A stretch of DNA of 64,000 nucleotides, from assembly GCF_006345805.1 (NCBI RefSeq), contig NC_043019.1, positions 21,141,360 through 21,205,359 of the forward strand. The letters run 5' to 3'. This stretch comes from Octopus sinensis (lineage: Eukaryota). The position numbers were made by a program, and so were the translations under genes. Under the pieces are notes generated by a model. That model ran no database searches. It saw only the letters and a list, made by a program, of their open reading frames with translations, and was not told the DNA's origin. Shown one piece after another: positions 24,432 to 37,521 of the stretch (positions are counted from its first letter, which is position 1; every line of letters begins with the position of its first letter).

Positions 24432-25236
24432 GTAAGCTTTTTCTTCTCTAATTATGCTATAGATTTTCCTTTGTATCGAATTAAATTTTCTATCTTTTTA
24501 TTGAATCAAAAAGATTCAACAAATAATCATACTGCTTTTCACATTTTATAATATACAATCCTGTTTTCTTTATATTTCATAGTTTAGACATGAAATCTTA
24601 ATCCTTTCATTACTGTATTTATTTTGAGATGCTCTGTGTTTCTTTCAATTACTTTAAATATAACAAAGAATTTAGTGTTAGAAACATAAATTGTGGCTTA
24701 GGTTTTAATTCAAAACTTATGAAAACAAGACATTTGTACTCAGAGCCAGAGCCGGTTTCAGTCAGGTTGGTATCAAAAGGGTTAAAGATTCACAATTTAC
24801 AATCTTGTTCTCTTAGATATATTTCTTGATTTAAAGTCATAGGCTTTAACATTTCATTATTTACAGACTTTATTTTGCACTATGTATTTTACAATTTTAG
24901 TTTCTTTTATTTCAAAATTTTGAGACTTAATTTTTTTTACATTTCATAAGTAACTGTTAGGATTTCTTACATTTCATAATTAGTCATAAGTTATTATATT
25001 TCATAATTCTCAGTGTTAGTGTCTTCCACTTCATAATTTCTGTTTTAGTGTCTTACATTTGTTAATTCACACTTTTACATTCATTCTTGTTTCAATTAAT
25101 GTCCATAAAAGAAGAAAACCAATTCACTAAAAGTCACAATCTGGATTTTTGATTTGTATATTTTTGTAGATACTGGAAACTTTGTAATGATTTCCAACTA
25201 AATTCTTTTATTTTGTTTTGTGTCATCCTCCTGCAG

Positions 25237-25359
25237 ATAGTACACGACATAGCTGTTCTAGTGATCATTTTACATGCCGATCAAACGGTCTTTGTATTCC
25301 AAGTGCTTGGAAATGTGACCATGAACCAGACTGTGACGACAATTCAGATGAAACTGATT
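25237..25359 (+). CDS. LRP1: LRP1 exon 16, LDLa repeat (CR8 equivalent)
   Basis: cctgcag|ATAG...GATT|gtaagt; [40 protein letters not shown](C). Confidence 0.94.
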
Positions 25360-25560
25360 GTAAGTAATTATTATTATTATATTTGTTTTTTGTTTTGTTT
25401 TTTTCTTTGGTTTTGGTTTTAGTCTATTCCCTCATTACTCTGTCACTTACCTCTACTCTCTTACCTGCCATTAATCACTCTAATGCTCATTAATCTCTGT
25501 TATTCAGCATTACTGTCATTAATCACTCATCCATCATTACTCTGTCACCCCTTCACTAAT

Positions 25561-25760
25561 CATACTGTCACCCATCATCAATCACACTGTCATCCATCAT
25601 TAACCACTGTCATCCATCATTAACCACTGTCATGCATCATTAACCACTGTCATGCATCATTAACCACTGTCATCCATCATTAACCACTGTCATCCATCAT
25701 TAACCACTGTCATCCATCATTAACCACTGTCGTCCATCATTAACCACTGTCACTCATCAT
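25561..25760. repeat. 20-bp minisatellite, about 8 clean units plus degenerate flank
   Basis: Unit TAACCACTGTCATCCATCAT. Confidence 0.95.
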
Positions 25761-26024
25761 TGCACTGTCTTTTATAAAGGGTGTAGATGTATTGTGTCTT
25801 TGACCCTACGCCCTTCCACTAACTGCTATTATTCCATCCCCCTTGTGTTCCCTACCTTACATCAATTTCACTGTCCCCTTAAAGGGCCTGTGAATGCCAT
25901 GGCCATAGCTCGTTCCAGAGTATTGAAGAAGAACAAAAAATGGAAAGAAAGAATTATTTAATCTGGGAATGTCTCCTTCTCAAGATGTTACGTCTGTGAC
26001 TGGAATGTTTTTGTCTTTTACCAG

Positions 26025-26144
26025 GTTCAAAAGGTGGTTGTGCTCCTGACCTCTTTCAGTGCAGTAAAAACCAGTGTATCATCCAAAAATGGGTTTGCGA
26101 TCATATCAATGATTGTCTTGATCAATCGGATGAAAAAAACTGCC
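26025..26144 (+). CDS. LRP1: LRP1 exon 17, LDLa repeat (CR9 equivalent)
   Basis: ttaccag|GTTC...TGCC|gtaagt; [39 protein letters not shown]. Confidence 0.94.
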
Positions 26145-27527
26145 GTAAGTCTACCACTTGATATGCACTACTTGCTCTTCATCATCATATCATCATCTTT
26201 GTTGTTGTTATTATTATTATTATTATTATTATTTTTGTTGTTGTTGTTGTTATCAAAGCAAGGTGGCAAGCTGGCAGAACTCTTGGCATGCTGATCAGAA
26301 TACTTCACGGCATTTCATGCGTCTTTACGTTCTGAATTCAAATGTCGCCGCGGCCGACTTTGCCTTTCATCCTTTCGGGGTCAATAAAATAAGTACCATT
26401 TGAGCCCTGGGGTTGATGTAATTGATTATCTACCCCTCTTCTAAAAAATTTCAGTCTTTGTGCCTGTAGTAGAAAGAATTATTATTAAAGTAAGACAGTG
26501 AGCTGGCTGAATAATTTGCATGTTGGACAAAATGTTTAGTGGCATTTCGTCCATCTTAACATTCTGAGTTCAAATACCGCCAGGGTCAACTTTGCCTTTC
26601 ATCCTTTCAGAATCAATAAAATAAGTACCAGTTGAGTAATTGTATTGAAGTAATCGACCTTCTCCCTCCTTGGAAATTGTTAGCCTTGTGCCAAAATTTG
26701 AAACCATTATTATTATTATTATTGAGTGAGAGAGCAGTGCATGCCATCAAAGTGACACTGGGGTAAAATATACGAAGCTCCAGTATACCCATTATGACTA
26801 CCCATCTGATAAGGGTACACCAGGCACATGCTTTACAACCATATGTGCGTGACATGGTGATCTCATATCAAGATAAACAGCGCATGACACCTTGCAGGTG
26901 GGGCGCAGTTAGAATTTTCTTCTGGTCGAGTAACCCATCCCGCTCAAAAGGTCCCTGAATAAGGATTGTTTAAGGCTGTTGAATGGACCACCCATGTTTC
27001 CAAAGGTGAATTATCCAAACCTCTAAGAATTCCTTTCAACACACGGCTATGATGCTCCCCAACTACTTCTGCTTGTGATCAGAGATTGCACATATTGTCA
27101 GCCACTAAGGGACATGCTCAACTGGTTATGGTCAAACAACTGACAAGCAAATCTGTGGTATTGAGCAGAATATTTGCTGTAGCTCATCTTTTATATCAAG
27201 ACGAAACAATGTACATGATAACACTTCCAATCAGTTAAGATCAGGAGCTATGAGAGCTACTGTCTGGTATTGCATCAGGGCCTTTATTATTATTTATTAT
27301 TATTATTATTATTTGATGAAAACTCAGTTTATTTTGATGGGTATGATGGAAAGTGTCAGCTGTCCACAGCCAGCAGACTAAGGTGACACTTGTTTAGTGA
27401 TCGTTCTTCAAGAACCCTGTGGAGTATCAGTAGCCAGCCTTAGATGATATGAATATGATATTGCAATACCAGTAATGTGATTGTTTTCCTAAAAACTCTT
27501 TAACTTTGTTTGCTTTATTCTTTGCAG

Positions 27528-27656
27528 CCTTTAACACACCATGCCAGTTCCCTAACCGAACGTGCGGCAATGATTCCCTCACATGTATTACACCAGACAA
27601 GTTGTGTGATGGCATATTCAATTGCGCAGACAAATCAGACGAAGGAGGCGAATGTG
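27528..27656 (+). CDS. LRP1: LRP1 exon 18, LDLa repeat (CR10 equivalent)
   Basis: ttgcag|CCTTT...TGTG|gttagt; FNTPCQFPNRTCGNDSLTCITPDKLCDGIFNCADKSDEGGEC. Confidence 0.94.
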
Positions 27657-27826
27657 GTTAGTAGATAGAAACATATATATGTGCATGTATTGTAGTTGTA
27701 TCGGTATGTGTGTGTGTGTGTGTATGTGTATATATATATATATATTCAAAATGTGACCGCGTGTGTACCATTGGCGATTTTTTTTTTCCCTCTGTCTTCC
27801 CTTCTCTGGATCTTTCCTCCTCCTAT

Positions 27827-27861
27827 GTTTCCGACGAAGAGCTCTGCTCGAAACGTTAAAC
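27827..27861 (+). ncRNA. Variant minimal hammerhead-like motif (U4C) in a (TA)n-flanked repeat
   Basis: GUUU-CCGACGA-A-GAGC(UCU)GCUC-GAAA-CG-UU-AAAC. Confidence 0.5.
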
Positions 27862-27955
27862 CCTCCTTCTTCCCTTCTTTCCTGAGCGTCCAATAATACT
27901 ATATTTGTTCCACGTCCTCGCGTTGTTGTGTTTTTTTGTGCTTTCTTGTTTGGAT

Positions 27956-27995
<40 letters not shown>

Positions 27996-28758
27996 CCAAT
28001 ATTAGGGAATGGAGTAGATAAAATCCAGGCTAGGTATGTTTCATAGCTTGCAGAACCTCTGCTAGCTATGAAACATGTGTAGCCTAGAATTTTATCAACT
28101 CCATTCCCTAATTTAGGACTTTTATTCACATACACAACACCTTGATCCTTGGTGTAGTAGAGATTTATGTCTCTAGTTGCTACGTCACGTAAAAAGCACC
28201 AACCAATTGTGGCCGTTGCCAGCCTCGCCTGGCATGTAAAAAGCACCCACTACACTCATGGAGTGGCTGGCATTAGGAAGGGCATCCAGCTGTAGAAACA
28301 CTGACAGATCATACTGGAGCCTGGTGCAGCCTCCTGGCTTCCCAGACACCAGTCAAACCGTCCAACTCATGCTAGCATGGAAAACGGACGTTAAATGATG
28401 ATGATGATATATAAAAATGTACAAGCACACATTAGATTTCGGCTTCACATTACCTAGAGGTCAATACCAATGTTTGACTCCAGGTTGTCAAATAAACTTA
28501 TGATCAAAAACAATCCAACAGTGACCATCATCAATTTTTCAGATATAGTGTATTTAGGACTACATTATTAAATGTTTCTGTTGTTTGAAATGAGGGGGTA
28601 TGACTTGAAGGGAGTTTTGTTGCTATTTCTAGCAGGTTGAATAACCATATAGTATCCTCTCAATACTACTACTACTACTACTACAATACATATTCTAAGA
28701 ATTCTTCAAGTGTGTTATTCCTGTTTGTAATTAACAAGTTTTATGATTTTTGTTTCAG

Positions 28759-28875
28759 GTGTTGACGAGTGTTCTTCTGGCGTCTGTAGCCACACCTGTG
28801 TTCCTACACCAACGGGCTTCATCTGCCTATGTCCACCACACAAGAAACTACTTCCTGACATGAAAACATGTGCTG
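28759..28875 (+). CDS. LRP1: LRP1 exon 19, EGF-like module
   Basis: tttcag|GTGTT...GCTG|gtaatt; VDECSSGVCSHTCVPTPTGFICLCPPHKKLLPDMKTCA. Confidence 0.94.
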
Positions 28876-29334
28876 GTAATTTATATTCTCTCAGTTTTTG
28901 TTTGTTGGTTTTTGTTTTAAGCTGTTGAGTTGATGATGTTGATTAACTCGTTAGCATCTAAATTGGCCCTATCAGGCCAGTATATTCTGCCTGTTTTATG
29001 TTCAAACTGGCCGGATCTGGCCTTTCACATCAACCCTACATTGTCAAACAATCACAACATAGAAATTTTGTAGTTACAGGATAATGCATGATTAATTCAT
29101 TTTCCATTTTTTTTCTCATTTTATCTAGTTTCAGCTCACGAGCTGTGGCCATGCTGGGGCACCGCCATTCGAAAACAATGTGAATAAATAAGCATTACAT
29201 TTGACAAAGTAATCTAAATGCTAAAGGGTTAAAATTACTGAGCTAATTGTAAAAGAAACATAAAAAATGTTATATTTGTTTCTATCTACATTTGTTTAAT
29301 TAAACTAATTATATTTATTAATTATTTTAACTAG

Positions 29335-29463
29335 AATTGAATGTATGCGACCAGTGGGGCATCTGCAGTCAGAACTGTACTCCTGGTCCTGACAAGTCAT
29401 TCAAATGTTCCTGTTTCCCCGGATATTCTGTCAGTCCCGATGGAAGCACCTGCATTCCAGATG
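29335..29463 (+). CDS. LRP1: LRP1 exon 20, EGF-like module
   Basis: aactag|AATTG...GATG|gtaagt; [42 protein letters not shown]. Confidence 0.94.
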
Positions 29464-31215
29464 GTAAGTCAAAATATTTCCACGTCATTTGAAAATTACT
29501 TCCACCATTGAAAAATAAATAAAAATAAGGAATATTTTTGTCCAAATTCATTGGAATTTTAGATTTATCAGTAGATGCAGGTATGGCTGTGTGGTTGCGA
29601 AGTTTGCTTCGGAACCATGTGAGTTTAGGTTCAGTATCACTGCATGACACTTTGTGCAAATATCTTCTACCCTAGCTTCAGGATGATCAATGCTTTGTGA
29701 ATGAAATTTGGCAGGTGGAAATTGTATGGCTCTTTTTGTGTATGATATGTGAATGCATTTATGTGTTGGTTTCTGCATTCTTTACATTGGCACCACACCG
29801 ACATTGGTGATGTTATTTATGCCTTGCATAAACTAAATGTCCCATAGTCGTTTGGTATAGGAACGCTTGGACTGAAGTGGCTTACTTGAAGACAAGCAAT
29901 AGCTATTGTCAGGAAGAGCATCCAACCAAAGAATATTGTCATATCCAGGTCAGCATCAAAAGATGAAGACATAACAATGACACTAGCGTTACCAGTGACA
30001 CTTCCCCCCACAGTAGCTTCAGAATTCTTCAAAAATTATTTCTGGCATCAATGTTATTATTGTTTTGCATCAGCTTTCCTTGATGGGGTGTTATGATGCG
30101 AATCATTTTTTAATTTTATTGGGTGTGGCTTCCCAACCACATGGTTCCAGGTTCACTCCCACTGTGTAGCACCTTGAGCAAGCATCTTCTACTATACCCC
30201 TGGGCCAACCAAAGTCTTGTGAGTGGATTTGGTTGACAAAAACTGAAAGAAACCCATTGTATATGTATGCATATGTATCCGTATGGGGGAATATGACCTT
30301 ACTTGGAAACAGGCGAGAGTTGATAACAAGAAGGGCATCCAATCATAGAAAATCTGCTTCAATAAATTCCATTCAACCCATGCTATGGGGAAGTACATAT
30401 TAAAACTATGACGATGATGATGATGGATTCCACTGTTCCCATACACTAGTGCCATTATTTGGTTTGATGCCCTTTCTGTCAACAACCACTTTACAGAATA
30501 TAGTGGGTGCTTTTTCTCAGAGATCAATGAAACAGGACTGAAGGGACCTCACCACCCTATGTTTTCTCTACTCATCTGCCAACCTCTATGAAGAAGAGGT
30601 AGGGTTACTTAGGGGATAGTTGGGACATTTTACAAAGTTTTCCTGTTTGCTGTTTTAGTTATAGTATTTTTTGTTGTTTTTTTAAGGGTTGGAAAAGTGA
30701 AGTTTCACAGTTCATTTGTAAATTTAGGATTACGCCTTTTGTTTCCATATTTCTGTTGAAATATGCTGCCTTTGTTTCAATTAATTTTGAAAATCACGAA
30801 GAATTTAGTGAAATATCTTTGTCATTTATTAAGCTGCTGTTTGGAAGGTTTGAATTTAGATCACTTTAAAGCAGAAAGCTTATATCATAGAACCTGGGGT
30901 AGCCACAGATGGGTTGGTATCAAAAGGGTTTTTTTATCTAATAAAGACTTTTTCTTTTATTTTACAAATTATTTACTTTTTTATATAAATTTACATTTTC
31001 TATTTTTCTTAGTAATTTTTAAATTACTCTATAATATATATTTTAATTTCTTTTAAGATTATTTTTCAAAATTCATTAATTTATTTTACTTTTTAAATTT
31101 TATTTAAATTTTACAATTCAAGCATGACAAGGAAAAGAATTGTTAAAAACAGATTTCAATGCCTTTGTGGTTTTATATTTATTTAATTTCTTTTCTGCCT
31201 TTTGCATTTTTTCAG

Positions 31216-31410
31216 ATGTCGATCCAGTCTATCTTCTTTTCTCTAACCAACACGAAGTGCGTCAAATGGATGTTCGTACCAAAATGACAATTTCCTTATT
31301 GTCAGGTTTACACAGCACCATAGCATTAGACTTTCATTATCGTCAGAAGCTTGTCTTTTGGTCGGATGTTATTGATGATGTCATATATTCCGGTCACATG
31401 GATTCTAATT
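31216..31410 (+). CDS. LRP1: LRP1 exon 21, start of propeller 3
   Basis: tttcag|ATGTC...AATT|gtaagt; VDPVYLLFSNQHEVRQMDVRTKMTISLLSGLHSTIALDFHYRQKLVFWSDVIDDVIYSGHMDSN. Confidence 0.95.
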
Positions 31411-31844
31411 GTAAGTTGTATATAAACACCTCGATAACCCTCTCATTACCATATTTCTGCTGAAATATGCTCTTTTTATTTAAATTATTTTCTAAATTAA
31501 TCAAGAATTTAGTAAAACCACTTTGACATTTATTAAACTGGTGGAAGGCAGTGAGATGGCAGAATTGTTAGCATGGCAGGCAAAATGCTTAGTGGCATTT
31601 CATCTGTCTTTATGTTCTGAGTTCAAATACTGCCTGGGTCGACTTTGCTTTTCATCCTTTCAGTTAGGGTCGATAAAATAAGTACCAGTGAAGCACTGGT
31701 ACTTAGCCCCTCACATGAACCTTGACCTTGTGCCAAAATTTGAAACCAATATTCTAATCTCACTATGTTATGATTTTCTGGAAAAAGACAAAATTAAATC
31801 GTTCCTCATTTATGTATTTTGTTTATAAATTTCTTTTGTTTTAG

Positions 31845-32049
31845 CCATCATGAACACTCAAGCTATTGTAAGCATTGGGCTTCGAAGCACTGAAGGTCTG
31901 GCTGTGGATTGGATTGCTGACAATGTCTACTGGGTAGAGAGTAATATGGATCAGATTGAAGTGGCCAAATTAGATGGTAGAATGAGAACGTCCTTGCTGG
32001 CTGGAAACATTAATAGTCCACGGGCTATTGTGTTGGACCCTCGAGAAGG
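31845..32049 (+). CDS. LRP1: LRP1 exon 22, propeller 3
   Basis: ttttag|CCATC...GAAGG|gtaagt; [68 protein letters not shown]. Confidence 0.96.
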
Positions 32050-33170
32050 GTAAGTAAAACGGTTTTAATTGAAAATTGTGCTGAAGCACTCAGAGAAGGG
32101 ATTTACTTTATCATTTTCATTCTGAAATTAGAATTGGTAAAACAAAATACATTGGGGAGATGTACTTGCATAGCAAGTGACCTGATCTGAGATCATGTGC
32201 TGGAACGAAAACAATTGCAGCATGGAAGGTGTTTGTAAGCCATTTAAGAAACACACAAAATCCGTTAGATTCACTTCAACATTTAAATTTAATTTGTCAA
32301 AATATTTTCGTTGCTTTGAGACTGCGACCTGTTCACTGACAAAACTCTGTGTTGCATTGGGTATTTTGTTAATGATCCTTAACAGTTGATATAATTGCTT
32401 CTATCGTTTCTCCATAATACATGGCCTTTGTTAAAAAATTTTATTATTATTATTATTATTATTATTCTGCTGCTGCTCATCATCATCATCATTGTTCGAC
32501 CGTGGTCGAAACAATGGAATTTACCATGCTACGCCAGATTTCACGGTCCATCATAGCATTAAGGAGGTCTTGTTGCTGGATGCCTGTATCCCTGGAGATT
32601 ACATCAGGGTAGGAGAGTGTGTGCCCTCTGGTATTGTGAGTAGATGGCTTCCAGAGGAGAAGAGTAGAAATTACCTCTTTTTCAGCTCTACAACAATGTT
32701 TTCAGCTGCTGCTACTACTACAGCAAGCTGTGAGAATCATCAAGATGTTGATCAAAATGCTTAGCAGCTTTGTCTTCTGGCTCTTGATCTTCTGAAATCA
32801 ATTTCTACTGAGGTCAATTTTGCTTTTTCTCTTTTAAGGGTTGATAAAATAAGTATCAGTTGAGCACTGGGGTTGTTGTAATTGATTTACTTGCTCCCTC
32901 TAAAATTGCTGGTCCTGTGTCTTGAAACCATTATTTCCCCTTTTTATTAGCTACTTGATCATGATTACCATCATTTAGCATCCATTTTCCATACTGGCAT
33001 GGGTTAGACGGTTGGAATGGAATTGATAAGCCAGAGAGCTGCACCAGGCTTCAGTCTGTTTTGGCTTCATTTCTATGGCTGGATGCCCTTCCTAATACCA
33101 ACCACTCCATGCTGACTGCTTTTGAATTTCCAAATTCTCATTCTGTGTCTCTTTCTGCATTTTCTTTCAG

Positions 33171-33341
33171 GTCTTTATTTTGGACCGATTGGGATGGTGT
33201 GATGCCGCGAATTGAAATGTGTTCTATGAGTGGACGGAATAGGAGAACCATTTTTAATATCAGTTCTATCGTGGGAGGCGGCTGGCCAAATGGTTTGGCT
33301 ATTGATTATGAATTCCGAAGATTGTTTTGGGTAGATGCCAG
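33171..33341 (+). CDS. LRP1: LRP1 exon 23, propeller 3
   Basis: ctttcag|GTCT...GCCAG|gtaagt; [56 protein letters not shown](R). Confidence 0.96.
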
Positions 33342-33560
33342 GTAAGTGCAACGCAACGCAACGCAACGCAACACAACACAACACAACACAACACAACTGT
33401 TTGTCAATAAGAGAACCTGTATCTGGTATGCTGGTTCCTTGAGAAAGGCATGAATGCTGCAAAGTCTCATTTTGTTTACATAAATACTTAGTTGTCACAT
33501 GGGTGAATATTACCTGGAAGTATGTACCATACTTTTGTTCATTATTTTAGGTGCCAAGAG

Positions 33561-33783
33561 AAGGCGGCGAGCTAGCAGAGACGTTAGCATGCTGGGCGAA
33601 ATGCTTAGCGGTATTTCGTCTGCTGTTACGTTGTGAGTTCAAATTCCGCCGAGGTCGACTTTGCCTTTCATCCTTTCGGGGTTGATAAATTAAGTACCAA
33701 TTACGCACTGGAGTCAATGTAAACGACTTAATCCCTTTGTCTGTCCTTGTTTGTCCTCTCTATGTTTAGCCCCTTGTGGGCAA
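33561..33783 (+). mobile_element. SINE family B with 16-bp target-site duplication
   Basis: TTAGGTGCCAAGAGAA at 33547-33562 and 33784-33799. Confidence 0.9.
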
Positions 33784-33956
33784 TTAGGTGCCAAGAGAAC
33801 TCTCTTGACTCAGCAGAACATTAAAGATTTGACAGCCAGAATAGACTGGACTTATGTCAATTGTAGTGCCCTGCTTAAGGATATATATAACACAGTACTG
33901 AATACAAGAAGTGAATCCATGACATTACAAGCCCAACACCCATCCACAAACATGTG

Positions 33957-34515
33957 CACGAGGGAGTAACCGGAGTAACTGGAAACATTCTCTGTGGAAC
34001 AAGCCTGTTGTAGTTCAGACTTATGCTGCTAGAAGCCACTTGATGCAACCTTCAGGCATCAGTCTGCCAACCAGCATTGTCTAGTGGAGTCATGGTGCAT
34101 TTTTGTTTTGCAGTGCTTCTCCCCTGTTTGTCAATTTTTGCGATGGCTGAAACAAAGGAACAGTGTGCTTCCTTGAAATTCTGCTTTCTGTTAATGGTTG
34201 AAACAGATGTCGTGCTTCAAACAGCTTGCAAAACTGTTGCCATGAGCAAGACACAAGTTTATGAGTGATTTTCACACTTTATGAATGGCCACTTGTTGCT
34301 TGAAGACCGACCTCATTCAGGGTGACCATCAACCTCCCCAACAAATGAAAACATCACGAAAATTCATGAACTGATCTTGGAGGACTGTCGCTGAACAATT
34401 TGCAAACTTGTTGATACAACTGGTGTATTCTGGAGCTCCTGCCAACGAATTTTGTGCAAGAGATTGCAAATGTAAAGAGTTGCAGCAAAATTTGCACCTC
34501 ACTTGCTCACCGTAC
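33957..34515 (+). mobile_element. 5' fragment of a second, older mariner family (HTH region)
   Basis: Reads MAETKEQCASLKFCF...MSKTQVYE*FSHF...LEDRPHSG*PSTS...RVAAKFAPHLLT, resembling a mariner N-terminus up to the WVPxxL-equivalent motif. Confidence 0.7.
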
Positions 34516-35500
34516 TGCATCAACGCAATTATACTGCTGCTACATCATCGTCGTCATTGGCGGGGGGAAGGGGGTTCAATTATGGTACTGCATCAGAGCA
34601 GTTATACTGTATCATCATCATTATTATTCTGTAGGCTTATTTTTATTATTTGCTTCCGCTGCACTACCAAGCACAGCTCTGTGTGCCGTGGTTTGTTTTG
34701 GTGGTGTTATTTTCACTGTATTGAAAGTGCTTTACATAGGATGTGTGCAGTGCCTAGTAGTGCTATTTCCTGTATGTTATATTTATAAGTCCTGGTGTTT
34801 TGGTTATGTATCTATATCTTTTACTCTTTTACTTGTTTCAGTCATTTGACTGCGGCCATGCTGGAGCACCACCTTTAGTCGAGCAAATCGACCCCGGGAC
34901 TTATTCTTTGTGAGCCCAGTACTTATTCTATCGGTATCTTTTGCCAAACCGCTAAGTGACGGGGACGTAAACACACCAGCATCAGTTGTCAAGCAATGCT
35001 AGGGGGACAAACACAGACACACAAACATACACACACACACACATATATATACATATATACGACGGGCTTCTTTCAGTTTCCGTCTACCAAATCTACTCAC
35101 AAGGCTTTGGTCGGCCCGAGGCTATAGTAGAAGACACTTGCCCAAGGTACCACGCAGTGGGACTGAACCCGGAACCATGTGGTGGTAAACAACCTACTTA
35201 CCACACAGCCACTCCTGCGCCTATATATGTTTTTTACTGAAACCTGATGTACCTATGTTATAGGGATTGTTTCTGTTCCAGGCCCTCGTTTGTGTTATCT
35301 CTATTTCCAAATCTTTATATTCTGAGTGTTTCTCCGTTTCTTTTAGAGATAGTCAGCTGTTGTGATTGATATGTTTATTAGAAGGTATTTTTTTCCGTAA
35401 TGATCTCTGACAGCTATATTCAGTCTATTAACCTTCATAGCATTATCATTAATGTTGTTGTTTTAAAATTTGAAAAAGAACCCTTTTTTTCATGTTCAAG

Positions 35501-35648
35501 GTCTGATTCAATCCACACCATTACATACGATGGCCATGACCTGAGAATGGTTCTGAAGGACCATGTTAACTTGGGTCACCCGTTTGCAATAACTTTATTT
35601 GGAGACAACTTATACTGGACCGACTGGCGATCTAACAATGTGTTTTCA
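35501..35648 (+). CDS. LRP1: LRP1 exon 24, propeller 3 (first of two identical copies)
   Basis: gttcaag|GTCT...TTTTCA|gtaagt; [49 protein letters not shown]; 148 nt, phase 2/0. Confidence 0.9.
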
Positions 35649-36582
35649 GTAAGTCTTTGATATTATTATTATTATTATTTACTCTTATTAAGGTGGTGAC
35701 CTGGCAGAATCTTTAGCATGCTGGGCAAAATGCTGAGTGACATTTCATCTGTCTTTACGTTCTGAGTTCAAATTCCACCAGGGTTGACGTTGCCTTCCAT
35801 TCTTTCGGGTCAATAAATTAAGTACCAGTTGCATACTGGGGTCGATCTAATCAACCACCCACACTCCAAATTTCAGACCTTGTGCCTCTCTCTTTCTCTT
35901 TTGTCTATTACTTGTTTCAGTCATTTGACTGCAGCCATGCTGGAGCACCGCCTTTAATCGAGCAACTCGACCCCGGGACTTGTTCTTTTGTAAGCCCAGT
36001 ACTTATTCTATCGGTCTCTTTTGCCGAACCGCTAAGTAACGGGGACATAACACACCAGCATCAGTTGTCAAGCAATGCTAGGGGGACAAACACAGACACA
36101 CAAACATACACACACACACACATATATATACATATATACGACGGGCTTCTTTCAGTTTCCGTCTACCAAATCTACTCACAAGGCTTTGGTCGGCCCGAGG
36201 CTATAGTAGAAGACACTTGCCCAAGGTACCACGCAGTGGGACTGAACCCGGAACCATGTGGTTGGTAAACAACCTACTTACCACACAGCCACTCCTGCGC
36301 CTATATATGTTTTTTACTGAAACCTGATGTACCTATTGTTATAGGGATTGTTTCTGTTCCAAGGCCCTCGTTTGTGTTATCTCTATTTCCAAATCTTTAT
36401 ATTCTGAGTGTTTCTCCGTTTCTTTTAGAGATAGTCAGCTGTTGTGATTGATATGTTTATTAGAAGGTATTTTTTTCCGTAATGATCTCTGACAGCTATA
36501 TTCAGTCTATTAACCTTCATAGCATTATCATTAATGTTGTTGTTTTAAAATTTGAAAAAGAACCCTTTTTTTCATGTTCAAG

Positions 36583-36730
36583 GTCTGATTCAATCCACAC
36601 CATTACATACGATGGCCATGACCTGAGAATGGTTCTGAAGGACCATGTTAACTTGGGTCACCCGTTTGCAATAACTTTATTTGGAGACAACTTATACTGG
36701 ACCGACTGGCGATCTAACAATGTGTTTTCA
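36583..36730 (+). CDS. LRP1: LRP1 exon 24', identical tandem duplicate of exon 24; only one copy can be used per mRNA (may be an assembly duplicate)
   Basis: Same sequence and splice sites as 35501-35648, offset 1082 nt; joining both copies reads TCA GTC TGA (stop). Confidence 0.55.
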
Positions 36731-37521
36731 GTAAGTCTTTGATATTATTATTATTATTATTTACTCTTATTAAGGTGGTGACCTGGCAGAATCTTTAGCA
36801 TGCTGGGCAAAATGCTGAGTGACATTTCATCTGTCTTTACGTTCTGAGTTCAAATTCCACCAGGGTTGACGTTGCCTTCCATTCTTTCGGGTCAATAAAT
36901 TAAGTACCAGTTGCATACTGGGGTCGATCTAATCAACCACCCACACTCCAAATTTCAGACCTTGTGCCTCTCTCTTTCTCTTTTGTCTATTACTTGTTTC
37001 AGTCATTTGACTGCAGCCATGCTGGAGCACCGCCTTTAATCGAGCAACTCGACCCCGGGACTTGTTCTTTTGTAAGCCCAGTACTTATTCTATCGGTCTC
37101 TTTTGCCGAACCGCTAAGTAACGGGGACATAAACACACCAGCATCGGTTGTCAAGCAATGCTAGGGGGACAAACACAGACACACACATGCGTATATATAT
37201 ATATATATATATACATATATACGACGGGCTTCTTTCAGTTTCCGTCTACCAAATCCACTCACAAGGCTTTGGTCGGCCCGAGGCTATAGTAGAAGACACT
37301 TGCCCAAGGTGCCACGCAGTGGGACTGAACCCGGAACCATGTGGTTGGTAAACAAGCTACTTACCACACAGCCACTCCTGCGCCTATAGTAGAAAGTGCC
37401 TGTAGTAGAAAGGATTATTTTTTTGTTTCTTTTCTTGTTATATTTACCCCCTCACCACTCCTATTTTGATATATAATAAATACATATATTATAAATATTA
37501 CATAAAAACTTTCTCTTACAG

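Larger units (their letters stand above)
34820..37385 (-). mobile_element. Three family A SINEs (about 34820-35222, 35905-36302, 36985-37385) bounding the exon-24 duplication
   Basis: Same head and tail as 1545-1937; the middle copy is a mosaic of the outer two. Confidence 0.9.
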
